A stretch of DNA of 63,753 bases, the filler included, from Sphacelaria rigidula (Eukaryota), in NCBI GenBank assembly GCA_964200075.2. It is 9 parts of 9 records of this genome, joined end to end, with 100 filler letters (N's around TTAATTAATTAA, not from the genome) between each part and the next. Parts side by side here need not be neighbours in the genome. Positions count along the whole stretch, not along the records: positions 1 to 6,996 come from CAXNAA020017039.1; positions 7,097 to 14,092 come from CAXNAA020017040.1; 7 more parts are not named here. One strand, written 5' to 3'. Below are positions 1-12,719 of this stretch, piece by piece (the stretch's first letter is position 1; each line of letters starts with the position of its first letter). A program made the translations under genes and the position numbers. The notes under the pieces are model-generated. The model had not been told where the DNA came from and searched no databases. It was given only the letters and a program-made list of their open reading frames with translations.

Positions 1-11
1 TATGGAGATGC

Positions 12-190
12 CCCTAACCCTAACCCTAACCCTAACCCTAACCCCGACCAAGGCATACCGAGAACCCTCGGGCAAGGGGGCGCAGAGTGTTCCCTATGAA
101 AAGTGTGCGTTGCCAGAGCTCAAATCGACGCCTTTCAGCCGATTTGGGACCAAAACACGTTCTGGACGAGCTGGGTCCACTGCTCACCTG
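12..190 (+). repeat. (CCCTAA)5 telomere-like tract embedded in a dispersed repeat
   Basis: CCCTAA x5 at 12-41. The following sequence (aaggcataccgagaaccctcgggcaagggggcgcagagtgttccctat...) recurs reverse-complemented at about 25705-25880 next to degenerate GGGTTA/GAGTTA units. Confidence 0.8.
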
Positions 191-264
191 CCACAGACCA
201 TGCATTTTCTCAGAACTTTGTCCAGTCTAAAATCAAGTAAAATCGATAACCAACCATTGTCTAC

Positions 265-354
265 GTACAAATCCTCAGCTCTACTGGAATTGAACCCCCC
301 TACTCAACCATCAGAAGGTTACGAGATTATCAACTGAGCAACTGGGGCGACCGG
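265..354 (-). mobile_element. tRNA-derived SINE family A, head fragment
   Basis: Reverse complement reads ccggtcgccccagttgctcagttgataatctcgtaaccttctgatggttgagtaggggggttcaattcc. It has Pol III A/B-box-like motifs and matches the copies at 28461 and 48918. Confidence 0.7.
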
Positions 355-1239
355 TTTTAAACGGATAGTTATCTTAAAAGCCCGAAAATTCTCCCCACCA
401 AAAACAGCGTCGATGACAGCGGGCCTGCCATAGACACCGGTTTGAGCTGTACCAACTCACTTTGACGAGGACATCGACCAGGTCGTGCACATGTGCCCAT
501 CGTTCTTCGTTTCGACATGGATACCAGTGACTGATGTCAATTGAGAAGGTGTCTTCGCAAGTTATTTGTCGATCGAAACGAGTGCGGTGGAAATCAAGAA
601 CTTCGATCCGAAGTCGTGACTCCAAGTTGCCCTTTGTCGAAATTCTGAACCATCACACATCGGAATTTTCCTCTTCGATCGAAACGTACCTAGCCAAGGC
701 TACGCTTCAGTCCCTTTCGCCTGCATGATTTCTAGCATAATTCGTCCTTTTTGCCCGAATTAGCATCCGAGCATGACTGCAGCACAATCGGGGCTGAGCT
801 AGCATTATTCCCCGTTCAGCATGATCCGGTAGCACAAGAACCTTCACCGGCTTTTCATTGTAAAGCACGACCTCTAGAATCAAACACGAAACCTACAGCA
901 TACAGTACAGTGTGCAGCATGCAGCCACGAGCACGAGCCACGAGAGGGGGGACAGAGAGACGAGATACAGAGGTTCAGAGGTACCAGGTATGGCACAGGC
1001 GTCAGCCAGTAATAATGCGCCTCATTTTGAGCGGCTGATTGGCTTGCAAACTGCTTCGACACGTGCTGCTGCTGCCATCCCGTGTAGACAATGACCATTA
1101 GGAGAAATGTCGGACACACATCGCCTGTATAGGTACTCAGTTACACAAAACAAGTCCACATAACTGAATCTGGACTTGCGGCTTGCAGCAGCACGCGACA
1201 GACCGAAAAGAGGCCAGCTTCTGTTTGATATACAAGGGT

Positions 1240-2047
1240 CGAACAAATAATGATTCGCCTGGAAATTACTTGGTGTTGGTATGATGAGTCGACTCGTGAT
1301 GAATCAATCCCTGGGTTTTATTTCAGCGTTGCAACCCAGATACACGCAGCCCAGACACGTGGAATAGCGCAAAAGTTGGGTGGATACTCCATGGACCAGC
1401 GATCAACAAGACAGACAGCATATTCCCGGAGCGGCGGCACGTTTTACGTGGTGCGCTAGTAGCACGAAGCAAAATACGGATTTTGGGCAATACCATGGAT
1501 ACGCCCTCAAAACGCAATTCCCCTCGGCGCAGACTGCGTGAAATGTCAGTGGATGCATATTCTGACACGCAGATACGCTCACTTCCTGCGGGGTTGCTCC
1601 TGCCCCGGCAAATGAACACACTTTGGATGATGTCATTTTGCGGTACCTATCTTGATATCGAGGTGCTCATTTCAGGAGACACGGCCGTGCAAGCGCTGTA
1701 AGTGCTTTCACGTGCCGAAACTTCGACCACGTGCGTGATGCGAATTTACCCGCCTGAAAGTGTGGTTCCTTAGCTTCGTATGAACTTGCACTGTTGATGC
1801 AGGAGAGGATGATAATTTTGTCAAGGGGTAGTAAGGCGTGCAACGACAACGCGCACACGGGTAAGTCGCGAGGGTCAGACAAATCAATCATTCGTCTGGA
1901 AATTACTCGATTTTAGCGTATTTGATTCGAATCGTACGAATCAATCCCTAGGCTTTGTTCTCAGCGTCGCAACCCAGGTACACGCAGCTCAGACACGTGG
2001 AATGGCGCACAAGTTGCGTGGATACCCCTGTTCACCAGCGGTCAACG
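1240..2047 (+). repeat. Diverged direct duplication (about 1240-1407 and about 1876-2047)
   Basis: Shared blocks ctggaaattact, gaatcaatccct, gcaaccca.cacgcagc.cagacacgtggaat and ccagcg.tcaac in the same order. Confidence 0.8.
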
Positions 2048-3265
2048 TTTTTCTCCCTTTTGGGCAATCGGGCCGAAGAAATCGTGGAGTTGGGTGATCC
2101 AAACCCGTGACGATTCGTCCTGACAGCAGCAAGTTGGAGAGACAGGTTATTCTAGCAATCTGCACTAAGGTTCATTGATGGTGTCCACAACGAGTCAACA
2201 CACCAAAAAAGTTTCACATGACTGTAGGTTGACTCTTCTTTACTTGCATTCTCTATCGCTCTATTCAATTCTCTTCCACGTCGCTCGCCTGACTGAATCA
2301 AATGCTTGCAAACGCTCTAACGCCGCACGGTCGCCAGTGAGCCGGGAGGGTTACACAGATTTCAGCCTCCCCTCTTGTATCAAGCTTACATCCGATCTGA
2401 TCGAACCTCATCACACCTGTCATCATACAGAGTCGAATACTTGGCCATGCACACCTCCTACCCTCGTGGCAGTTTGGCGTTCGCCCAGCATGCGCACAGC
2501 GTGCGGAGCACGGGTGCTGACTGTAGCCAAAAACAAACACGCTCTGTCCAAAGCGTCCCCTGCACCCCACCTTACCCGAGAGTCGTGTATCTATCGTGGG
2601 TCGAGGTTGAGGTACTTGTACTGGAAGCGTGAACACACGCAGTACGCAGCGTACGCCTTCTCCTAGTGAAGAACTGGACCATGCGCATTAGCTATACCGT
2701 ACGTGAAGGGCAAGTTGGATTTGTCGGTAGGTACTGTCGAAGGTGTCGCGGAGGAATACATCATCCCTCTTTGAGTATCACCCCTCTTCGAGAGTGATGT
2801 GCAATAAGATGCCATCGAAACCAGACAATTAATTTCGAAACACTTTTAACTCCCCCCCTCCCCTCTCCCTCGGGAGGAGTCCGCTGTGTCACGATCAATC
2901 CATCACTCCCCCGGTACACGCCATGCATTTGGTGTCGCTGAGTGGATGAGCACTCTCTCTCGCACCGCGTCGACTGATGGCAAACTCGTTTTGATACTAA
3001 CAGCCTCATGCCTGATCCCGTCCAAGTTGTAGTCCAACTCGAGATCTCGGCGCTTCCCACCCACAGAGGAAACGCTGCCAGCTTTCACCAGTAACATCAG
3101 GGAAATTAGCTGTTTTCGTCGCCAACGGTCCGAGGAAAAGCTGACGCCAGTATGCGCACCTATACATTACAGCTCCACGCACCGTTTCGATCAAGCACTC
3201 GTCCAGCTTCCGCCGAATAATCGACACCCTTCGCCCTTCGCCCTCCTCCCTTCTACTCTCGCCAG

Positions 3266-3620
3266 CTACGCTAACGGCCTCAAGATCTCCTTCGCCAACT
3301 GCATCTACGGCCTGGCTAACGAGCTCGACCCCAGCATCGACGCTCAGAAGGTGCTGTACCTCGTGTCCTCCACGGCCGAATGCTTCCTTAGCCGAAAGTA
3401 CGGTCTACGCGTGGGCGCCCCGTACGGAGGCGTGTGCCTGCCGAAGGATGTGCCGGAGCTCACGAGCCTGGCGCCGGAGGGGTCGGTGTTCAAGGAGTTT
3501 TTGTCGGGCACCGGGAAGATCAACGACTGGATCTCGAGCGACCAAGCGAAGAACATGAGGGTAGAATTGACGGAGAGCCCTAACTGGGTGTCTCCCGACG
3601 CGCTCATCACTAGCAAGTAA
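3266..3620 (+). CDS. GMD: Terminal exon of GDP-mannose 6-dehydrogenase (UDP-glucose/GDP-mannose dehydrogenase family, AlgD-like)
   Basis: Polypyrimidine tract and CAG acceptor end at 3265. Translation YANGLKISFANCIYGLANELDPSIDAQKVL...RKYGLRVGAPYGGVCLPKDV...SK* matches the family central domain (KISFAN; catalytic-Cys motif GGxCLPKD). Codons are GC3-rich and the stop is TAA at 3618-3620. GMD versus UGD specificity is inferred. Confidence 0.88.
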
Positions 3621-6304
3621 AATTGACATAAATGGAGTGCTTCAACCAGCCTAGAGGGTGATTGGTTTGTATGTTACCACCTGTCATTCTGAGTTGAGAA
3701 TCAGATATGTCGTGAATGAGTGATTCGGAATTTTGTTGCCCGGTACCGGGAGTTGCTAGTGGAACGTGATAGTGGTAGTCCTCTTGAACATGATTGCACT
3801 TCTCCCGGCTTTATGTCCGGCTAGGTATCGGCTTTGCTGCTCGGCCTGTCCCGCGCCTGTGGTGTTGTGTGAACGATGGTAAAACGGGTTTTCCGAGTTG
3901 TGGAAAAATGAGAACGGTGGAAAGTCTCCTGGAGTGACATTTGGTTGTGAAGCTGGAGTCGCATCGTTGTACTTTCGGGTTGTCTTTCGATGCGTTCGAG
4001 CACGTTGCTGGAGGCAAGAGAGGTTCGAGTTTCGGAGCGCGATGGTGAGCGCCCGCCTGCCTCGTATGTTGTAAAGCGACGGCCCCGGTGGAGAGTGGAG
4101 GGGGGGGGCGGCGTACACCCGTGGTGACGTTTCAGCCACTCTCGAAGCCCCAAGAGTTGTGTGTTACGGACAGTGGCTTGGGTTGTACGACAGGTGCGAT
4201 GTTGCTTTTTTCCTGGTTTTGTGATTAAACAAGTCTACTGGTGGTGATTGCATGTTGAACCAATTTAGTGTGAATGCGTGATGAGCGCGTAGAGGACCTG
4301 CGTTCGTCCTTTGAGTTTTCAGTGTTTCATTTGGGTACTATTACGTTGTTATTGGTCTAGTTTGTAAACTACGATGTGAACTTTGTGTCGGATTGCATCC
4401 TTGGGTGGGGTGTTGTCGTTGTGCCTCACCAACCTCTGAGTGGTCAATATGCTAATAAATTTCTTCAGCCAGCTATGGAAGGACTTTGTTGAGATTCGTG
4501 CTTGTCTACTAGAGAGCGAAGAACGCTCTACTGCCCAGGGTCGACATGTGTGGCCTCATGTCATCCCGTGTATCGCTTGTTCCGAACAATGGGATTGCCC
4601 CCGGATAGCACCCATCAGGCGACGGGTCCACTGCTCACCTGTCCCAAACCATGATTTTTCTCATACTTTTTCTTCCACGTGCTGTATTCTTTTGGTATGG
4701 TGGGATCAACGTTGCATCCTGGAGTATTTGAATGTTTTTTTGAAAGTGGAAGCGACACAATTGTATCACATTGTCGGATGGGAATGAAAGCGTTACACTC
4801 GGGCTATTGATACATCTGAACTGATGGTGTATTTTTGGTTCACCTCTGGAGGTGATGGTTTTCACCGGCAAAGTACATTGACACGGAAAAAGCTGATCCA
4901 ATGACGAACTTTCGATCTAGCACCGCAACGATTACACTGCTGCACCCGCACAATTTCCCTCTTGTAACTGATGCTGCGGCAACCCCGTCCCGGAAAAAAA
5001 ATGGCAGGGGGTTGGGGAGTTATTTAGATGTCAATCAAAATCAACACGACGGGAACCGAGCACGCCGAGCAGCAAAGAACTCGCACGGATATTTTTCTTT
5101 CGCCCATGTCGCTCATGAAGCGCTTCATCCAGTCTGAAAGCAGCCATCATGTGCGGTTTGGCCCTCGTTTCGCGTTAGTTTAGGGACAGGTTCAGGAAGC
5201 GCGCAGATGTCATCCACCGCTTCTCTCATTGAGGGTTCATTATCGCCGGTGATGAAGCGGTGACAATATTCCTTCTCCAGCTTAGTCAGTGCAGAGCCGG
5301 ATTGAACGAAATCCATCCTCACAGTCGACGACGAAAACGAACAGCTGGATCCTCAATCCTCATTACGGTAAAATTAAGCCAATCACCACAATAACAGTGT
5401 GGTGTGCTTCGAGTATAACGGAAGATCCCGGCTGATGCGCCCACATATCCGAAAGTTGTAGATGGGCATCCAGAGCGGATGGAATATCAACACACAACAC
5501 ACAGCGAAAATGATTTTTCCTAGCTCATCATTATTCATGGTTTAAATGTTCCACCCTTGTACGCGAGTGGGAGGTGCTATCCACCGGTTCAGCGATTGGG
5601 GCGGGTGATTTCGCGTGGTAGCAATGCGAGGGTCAATGGCCAGTTGACTCCGCTGTGACTTACTCACCACCCACGATCACAAAGATGATGGCTGAAGCTT
5701 CACCATCACGCTATGCGTATGAGCTCTACAAGATCATGACCATGAGTCTTACAAAAATAATGATCTCCAGTATCTCCAAGGCGGGGCATTTAGGGGGCAT
5801 CAGGCTCGCCGATGGATCCTGATGGATCGCATTCTACCACAACGACTTCGAAAAAAACAAAAACAGAAGAATCCAAAACAGTACGAAATTCTATCGGGTC
5901 GGGCAAGGAGGCGTTTTTCAATTTTCTTCTATCCAATCTAACTCTTTGACACCTATATGCATCTTCGCGTTACATGCATCACACCACATCTTACGCCACC
6001 GGTTGCGGGCCACGCTTCATTACTGCGTCTCGAACATCCTAATAACCCACGATCATACAACATCATGCGGGTTGAACAGCCGCCGCCCGAGAGATGGCAA
6101 ATGGCCAAGGCATGGAGACAGGCACCGGTGGGCGATTTGCCAGTTGCTACCCAAGGTATGCGATACACCATGACAAACTGTTGTACACCGTGATCCCAAG
6201 CAGGAACTGCTCGCTTCACAGCTTCGCAGGACTAACGAGAGCCCAGATGGATCGATCACTGAAGTGATAGGTTGAGCGCCATGAGGGTACCAGTATAGTC
6301 GATT

Positions 6305-6305
<1 letters not shown>

Positions 6306-6368
<63 letters not shown>
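6306..6368. repeat. (GT)n microsatellite
   Basis: Perfect dinucleotide run. Confidence 0.95.
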
Positions 6369-6369
<1 letters not shown>

Positions 6370-6951
6370 ACTTTTTACAGGTGTTTCCGATGATAACGTC
6401 AATTGACTGTTGTGTACATCGTTACGGGCACCTGCCCACGGCGATAAGCTTATTGTGCCGCGCAGGGGTTGATATTTCCATACGCATGTGCGAGGCTCGT
6501 TTGCTGGGCAAGACCTGTACCGGTATCTCAAACTCGAGGTTCCCGATGTATTCAGCTGTAAATTACTGTGAAATATACCGGAAATGTCGTGTTCGAGGTA
6601 CCTCTCATGATCAAAGGCGAACCAGTTCCATCCGATCATGTCGCATGATCAACTGACCGAGAAACTGCCCGCCATGGCACCAGAAGCTTCCACAACGACA
6701 TTTATTTCCCCCTTTTCTTGGGGGCTGGTGGAGGCGTTTTTGTTGGTCGTGTTCTTGTTTTGCATACGACTCTGCTCTGTCGAGTTTCCTTTTTGCCCTT
6801 CTTCAATGTGTTCATGTTTCTCGTATGTACGTGCAGTCTTTTATCTATGACGTAGAGAAGACCGGTTTGGCAATCCGTACAATATCAACGACGGTTTCGT
6901 GAGATTGAGAGTAGAGCACTGATTAAACCGGGGTTTTATCATTCGCATAAG

Positions 6952-6996
6952 CCGGTCGCCCCGGTGGCTCACTTGGTAACCTCGTAACCTTCTGAT
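6952..6996 (+). mobile_element. tRNA-derived SINE family A head, cut by contig end
   Basis: ccggtcgccccggtggctcacttggtaacctcgtaaccttctgat matches the other family-A heads. Confidence 0.7.
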
Positions 6997-7096
6997 NNNN
7001 NNNNNNNNNNNNNNNNNNNNNNNNNNNNNNNNNNNNNNNNTTAATTAATTAANNNNNNNNNNNNNNNNNNNNNNNNNNNNNNNNNNNNNNNNNNNN
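6997..7096. other. Artificial contig linker (N44-TTAATTAATTAA-N44); also at 14093-14192, 21188-21287, 28283-28382, 35378-35477, 42473-42572, 49567-49666, 56661-56760
   Basis: Identical 100-bp spacers with a six-frame stop motif. The intervening fragments measure 6996, 6996, 6995, 6995, 6995, 6995, 6994, 6994 and 6993 bp, i.e. length-sorted. Confidence 0.97.
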
Positions 7097-7191
7097 GTGC
7101 GGACCGATCGGTGCGAACTCAACCCCATCCCCCCAATAACACAATTCGCACGCAATGTAAAATACCCACCCCCCCCCCCCCCCCCCCCCCC

Positions 7192-7785
7192 GAATTCAAA
7201 ACTAAAGTCCTCGACATGTTGAACATGAAGGGGGGGTGGAAGGAGGACCCTGGGCTTGTGTTTAACACGGCTCGGGAAGCGGCGGAGGCATGGAAGACGG
7301 TGGAAGCGGCGGACAAGCAGCGCCGTGAGCAGCCGCAGCTGAAACAAAGGAGTGGCAACGGGGCTTCCGGAAGCAAGCGCCAACCGAATGGTGGGAAAAC
7401 GGCGAGCAGTGGAAATGGGACTGCTAGTTCCGGGAAAACCCGCAAACCAGGCCCGAACTATGCAGGATGTTTCATATGTGGAGACAAGGGCTATTTCCGG
7501 AAGGATTGCAAGCAGCAAGGCCAGGCTGCTGCTACACAACGTAGTGACAGTGGGCAGAAGAAGGCTGGCGACAAGCAGCAACAACAACAGCAGCTGTCGC
7601 AGGTGCCTTGCGGAGGGGGCACGAGTCCCGCCCCTACAAGGGCTGTCTTTTCAGCCGATAGACAATGTGCTCCCAGCGGGGGGGCGACGTTGCCACCGGA
7701 ACCGGTCGTTTCTACTGGTGGCGTGCAGCAGACCATCTCATCGCACTCGTTCCCGGGTTCGAACTATGCGGCGGTGCCAGCATAG
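7192..7785 (+). mobile_element. Gag-like fragment with zinc knuckle (LTR retroelement relic)
   Basis: ORF 7111-7785 contains CFICGDKGYFRKDC (CX2CX4[H>Y]X4C) after a basic, Gly/Ser-rich linker. Confidence 0.65.
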
Positions 7786-7919
7786 AGATCGCTCAAAGCG
7801 GGTGAGGTGTCAGGTTTTCAATCTGAGGGTCTGCAAGTATATCACAAGGAAAGGTGATGTCTTGCCGACTTGTCTGTCCCGAGTGCAGGGGCAAAGGGTG
7901 TTTGTTGTCCGGTTATTCT

Positions 7920-9790
7920 TGTGGTACGGCTGCTCCGCCCCAGATGTCAAGAATGATAACGTCGAATCTCCGTAGTCGGTTAGTGTCGTCGCCGTCGAGG
8001 AGTATCTTCAGCAGCAGTTCAGTTGGCAGTTCATCTGGGCCAACGGCTTCTCCGTTGGACATAGATTGTACGGCATACAAAAACAAATTCGTGAGATTGA
8101 GAGTAGAGGATACGATTGAGAGTGAAAAGCGGTCAGTTCGGGAACGAAACATTTCAGTTCCGAAAGCCCCCCTCCACGAGGCCCGATATGCTTTCTCTAG
8201 TAGCTTGCCACTGAGGCCCTTGATATTCCTGAGTAGGATATTGACGTGTAGCTGTAAGCACACGCTAGTGATAGAGGCAAAGAAAAGGACACAGAATTAA
8301 CCAAAGCCACTCTCAAGTAGCGCTTTACTCTCAATCTCACGAAATCGTTGTTATACGCAGTCTCGTCTAGTGTAGGCACCTCCTCTAGCGACGTGCTCGA
8401 AAGTCGCGCCTGGAGTTGGTGGATGATTGCTAGGTTGAGGTGGGGTGACTTGGTGTTGAGGAGGGTGTGAAACCACTGTACTCACCTCGGGCGGATGAAG
8501 TATACGTGTCTGAGCAATTGACTCTTGTTGTCGCGGATATATTGCTGCTGTGAGCTACATGGTTCCCTCTCTTCGACATCGATTCCCTTCACGTGCCTGT
8601 AGAAACCGCGTGGGCCATCTTTCGCGATGTGCGCTATAAGTCGGCTAACGTAGGTCTCAAAGAATCTCTCCACCGCATGTGCTCTAACACGACGGAGTTC
8701 CTTGTTTGTCTTCTTCAAGACTTTTCTGAGGTTGGTGTCAGTGGGCGTTAATATCGATGCCCTTCGTGCTTTTCCCCTCGCCATCCATGCAGTGTTGATC
8801 TTTGCCTTGGTCTCGGCACTCACGCACCAGCTGTGGGACCTCTTTGGTTTATCTTGTGGGGCGCGGTGTCTGCCGCGGCGGATATCAGCATCTTGGTGAG
8901 GCCTGGAGCCATGTCAGCGGCGGTAGCACTCTAGGCAGAGAGTCGAGAGGGAAGGCCGTTTGCTGCGTCATTGCTCTCAACGCCGGGTCAGCCATCAGCC
9001 TTTCAAGATCGGCCCTTCTGCGTCTTGATGCATATTTCCGCATCTTGCGATTGGGCGCGAAGCGACAACGAAGCCGGACCCTTGCAGATATGACGATATG
9101 GTTAGACTCGCGTTTTCCGGGTGTTGGGCGGCGGACGGAGATGTTGCGAACGAGTTTCCGGTCCGTCTGTCTTGTGAGGATGTAGTCAAGGCGATAGCGT
9201 CCCTTACCAGCGTTCGAGCTTTGGAAAGTGTATGAGATGCCCCGCTTGAGTGTTCTGAAGAACATATTGAGCACGGTAAGGCGTTGTTTCCCTGGGAAGG
9301 CCAGTAGCCTCTCATCGTTATTTGTTCGGTACGTCCCGCCCGTATTCGCCAAGTACCTTGCTATTATTCTCTCCACCCCCCTTGCCTCGTTTCGCAGTGC
9401 AGGCGTTGGCATCCATCAAGACGAATAGGTGTTCCTGGCCAGGTACTTGTGAGACGGTATCGGATACGTCATCCCAAAACTTGTTCTTGTCGAACAGCGG
9501 AGAGTTCTTCGTCGGGGCATACTGCAAATGATACTGCGTTGGATTTGCCGTGTAGTTCAAGTATCACCTTCACAAGTCGAGCAGTGAGGTGCTCAACTGT
9601 AGCATCTTTATCTCCCATCTCCTCCAGGATTAAGGCCTTGATAGCGATCCCTACCCCATGTTGTCCTGCCCTTTCCTTAGCCCCGCTTGTGTCACCGGAA
9701 CAGAATACCGTATATCCCGCCGCACAGAACATCGATTGACCATCTCTTCTTATTTTTCCAAACCTACAACATCGCATCCCAGACTCTGAA
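7920..9790 (-). mobile_element. Decayed RTE-like LINE: APE endonuclease and start of RT, interrupted by a MITE
   Basis: Minus-strand peptides GYTVFCSG, HGVGIAIK, YAPT, VLMDANA, RLDYIL, SNHIV (APE motifs) and AVGPDELPTELL...IWGGAAVPQE (pre-RT). Several frameshifts. Confidence 0.85.
8078..8352. mobile_element. MITE family B (about 25-30 bp TIR) inserted in the LINE
   Basis: ttcgtgagattgagagtagag at the left end and ctttactctcaatctcacgaa at the right end. Second full copy at about 11098-11322; TIR fragment at about 6886-6925. Confidence 0.8.
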
Positions 9791-10736
9791 AACGTCTCAG
9801 GACAATCTCACCGTGGCCAATGCCGTTCGGACCTTTGAAAGCGAGCGTGCGAAAGTCTTAGGTGCCGACAGTAAGCTCGCCGATCCTGGCTCTTGCCCTC
9901 GCAGTCTTTTTTCTCTTGCCGGCAGCCCTCCGATCTGCTCGTTTCCTGCGCCTCTTGTTTCGTGTAGCGTGTCTTTTCTTTTCTTCTATAGCACGGGATC
10001 TTACGAATTGGGGATGGATCTTTTATCCATTTTACTCCGTCGTGTGTGTGTGCAGCTCTTTCCTGGGGGCATCCATTTTATCCAACTGAGGACTGTACTG
10101 TAGTGATGCTGTACTCTGGTGATAACGTATCTCAGTAGACTGCTGAATGATACTGCGTTTCAAAGATCGCTGGCATCTGTCGCCGTATCGGATCGTTTCG
10201 CTGACGGCGGTCGTCGCCGGCGCAACAGTATGAAGTCTCTTTCAGATACTGAACAAGAGGCGCTCGAAAACTCGATGACTAGTCCAAAAAAGTATGTTCT
10301 CAGGATGCTTGCTTTCGATCAGCTATGCACTTAGATATACCCACCACTTTCCTAGCTGTAAACGTTACAACAGGACGTGCTGTAGCTCACGCTGGTGGTG
10401 TCTGCGCAGCAGGCGAGTACCTTGCTACAACATTATCCCTGCCCTTTACTTTGGAAATATGTATGTACGCAAACAGCCAGCACCGTACTTGCGTCAGCGG
10501 CAGTCGCGCGACGGGGACACCGCCCTGCTCCGTGTTCTGTAGCGCTTAGAGGCACGTCCTGTTGAAAAAACGCCGCACCCTGACGTTGTTTTTTCTTTTG
10601 AACTGCTCAAATGCTTGGGCTGCCGTAGAGGTTCTGGCACAAGTACCACGGCCTTATTGGACAAAATGAATGAAACTTCGATGACCACTTCAACCTCTCC
10701 CAAATGTTGATCCTCAAAATCGGATCCAGGCTGTTT

Positions 10737-11718
10737 GATGCTGCACACTGCGCGCAAGGGAATCTACGCGCCAAGTCCATCCGTGGCACCCACACATTCG
10801 GCTCTTTTCCCGCCTATTTGCCGATTCACGAACGCCACAACGACCACGTTCGATTTAGATATTCTATTCCGAAATCTGCGCCCGATCTTGTGTTTCATGG
10901 GTTCTAGACCGGCACAGTGTAGCCAAGTGATTCAAGATCCCATCCTTGGATTAATTTAGTGCTGTGATCTGAAGCGATTTAGACCATATTCAGATCATAT
11001 CTGATCGATCTAAAACAATCATTCCGACATCCGGGTTAGGGTAACCCTAAGGCAACAACCATTAATAAAACTTTTTGGGGTCGATTTCCTCGCAACGAAC
11101 AGTGTTTTCGTGAGATTGAGAGTAGAGGATACGAATGAGAATGAAAAGCGATCAATTAGTGAATGACGCCACTGAGGCCCATGATACCCCCCAGTAGGAT
11201 ATCGACGCAAGTGATAGAGGCAACGAGAAGCACACACGGAATGAAAAAATGGCTCACTTGAATCAAATGATCAGAGCCACTCTCGATCAGCGCTCTACTC
11301 TCAATCTCACGAAAACGTTGTTAACGGTATGTTTGTGGCACGTTTCCCCACTTTCCCCTCATAATCGTGTGTCAGTGGCAGGTGCCCACGTTTTGAAGTC
11401 AAAATGATGCCCAGTCACAAAAAAAAATGAACTGGCATCGTTCTGTACACGAAAACAACACAAATGGAACATGACACCAGCCCCGGATCGCAACGGCACA
11501 ATGTTACGCAACACTCCCCAAGCGCAAAAACCGACGCGTTGTGAGTTGTGGGTCCAATTCTTGTGTCGATGCGGAGAGACTCGGGAACCATTTCCGGCGA
11601 GAAACGGCTGTGGTCGTTGTGGCGTTCGTGGACGGCAATTGGACGGGAAAGAGCCGAATATGGGGGCGTCATGGTTGGAGTTGGCGCGTAGATTCCCTTG
11701 CGCACAGTGTGCCGCATC
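10737..11718. repeat. Inverted repeat pair (10737-10848 and 11609-11718)
   Basis: gatgctgcacactgcgcgcaagggaatctacgcgccaa...cacgaacgccacaacgaccac recurs reverse-complemented. ORF track peptides DAAHCAQGNLRA appear on both strands. Confidence 0.85.
11098..11322. mobile_element. MITE family B, second copy
   Basis: Same TIRs and shared interior (gccactgaggccc.tgata...agtaggatat.gacg...gtgatagaggcaa). Confidence 0.8.
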
Positions 11719-12719
11719 AGGTATACAGTACAATGTGGGAAGCGATGGCCCAGGATAGATACTTTCTAGGCCAACAGGTGGCCCAGATAAGGTGCGATTG
11801 AAAAATAATTCCTAGATCAGGTATACCTGGTCGAAACTTGGCCTAGAGAAGGGAAGTGGTTTCTGGAGAGGAGACGGCCTTCTGCGCTGGCCTTATTTCG
11901 CGAGTAATGTGTTTTTTCTTGTTTTTTTCGAAAGCCTGGTGGCGAGGAGCCCCTCCGGTTACTGCTGTGCGTGAAAAATTCGGAGCAACATTGACCTAGA
12001 TTGTGTCTTTTGCTGTTTTTCCGTTTCTGGTCATTTTTTCGTGCCTCTCTTGGGCAAAATACGAGAAGTTATACCTTTTCTAGGCCATTGCTCGAAGAAT
12101 TATCCTCTCACCCTTTTTGTTCACCTGTTGACCCTTTGTCGTGAAGTGGTGACCGTGCCGCGGGCTTAGCAGGAGATATGCCTAGCAGTCACAAACATAG
12201 CCATTTTCGGTGAAACTACACCCCACCGAAAAAGGTTGCGAGACCCAACGACTAAGAGAGTGTAGCCCCCTACTAGTTGGCCTGAGGATCCGGAAGAGCC
12301 AACGATGCATACAGGGCGCTTGTGTGCCGTAGCTCACAAAGATCCAACGAACATGAGTGAACATCTTGCCGACATACGCCCGAACGGCGTCACGTGGTGA
12401 CAACGTCAGACCGTTGCGGGATCTGCAATTTGCGGCTCGGAAACAGGATGGGCACTGGCCGGATTCCGGATTGGAGGGAAACGCCTGAATCCAACTACGT
12501 AGACTGTACAATTGAATTTGTCCTCCTCCAATCCTCGCCGCTGCATCCATGTTTAGTTTAGACCAGCACTACGAGCTGGGCCCGCCTCGAAGCGGATTTG
12601 TAGTTTGCAGGCACATTCTCACCTCAATTGTTCAGAGTTGGATCCTAAAACTTGGCATGAACAATTAAATTAATAGGACATAAGTAAAAAAATGTTTACA
12701 GACCCAAAGATTGTTTTTC

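Noticed and set aside
12-44. True chromosome telomere
   Set aside because: Only five units, preceded by other sequence, and part of a dispersed repeat found internally at about 25705-25880.
3266-3620. Endogenous phaeovirus or bacterial contaminant gene
   Set aside because: It has a canonical spliceosomal acceptor and TE-rich, gene-poor flanks, with no viral or operon context.
7041-7052. Conserved TTAATTAATTAA motif every 7.1 kb
   Set aside because: Synthetic six-frame-stop linker inside N padding.
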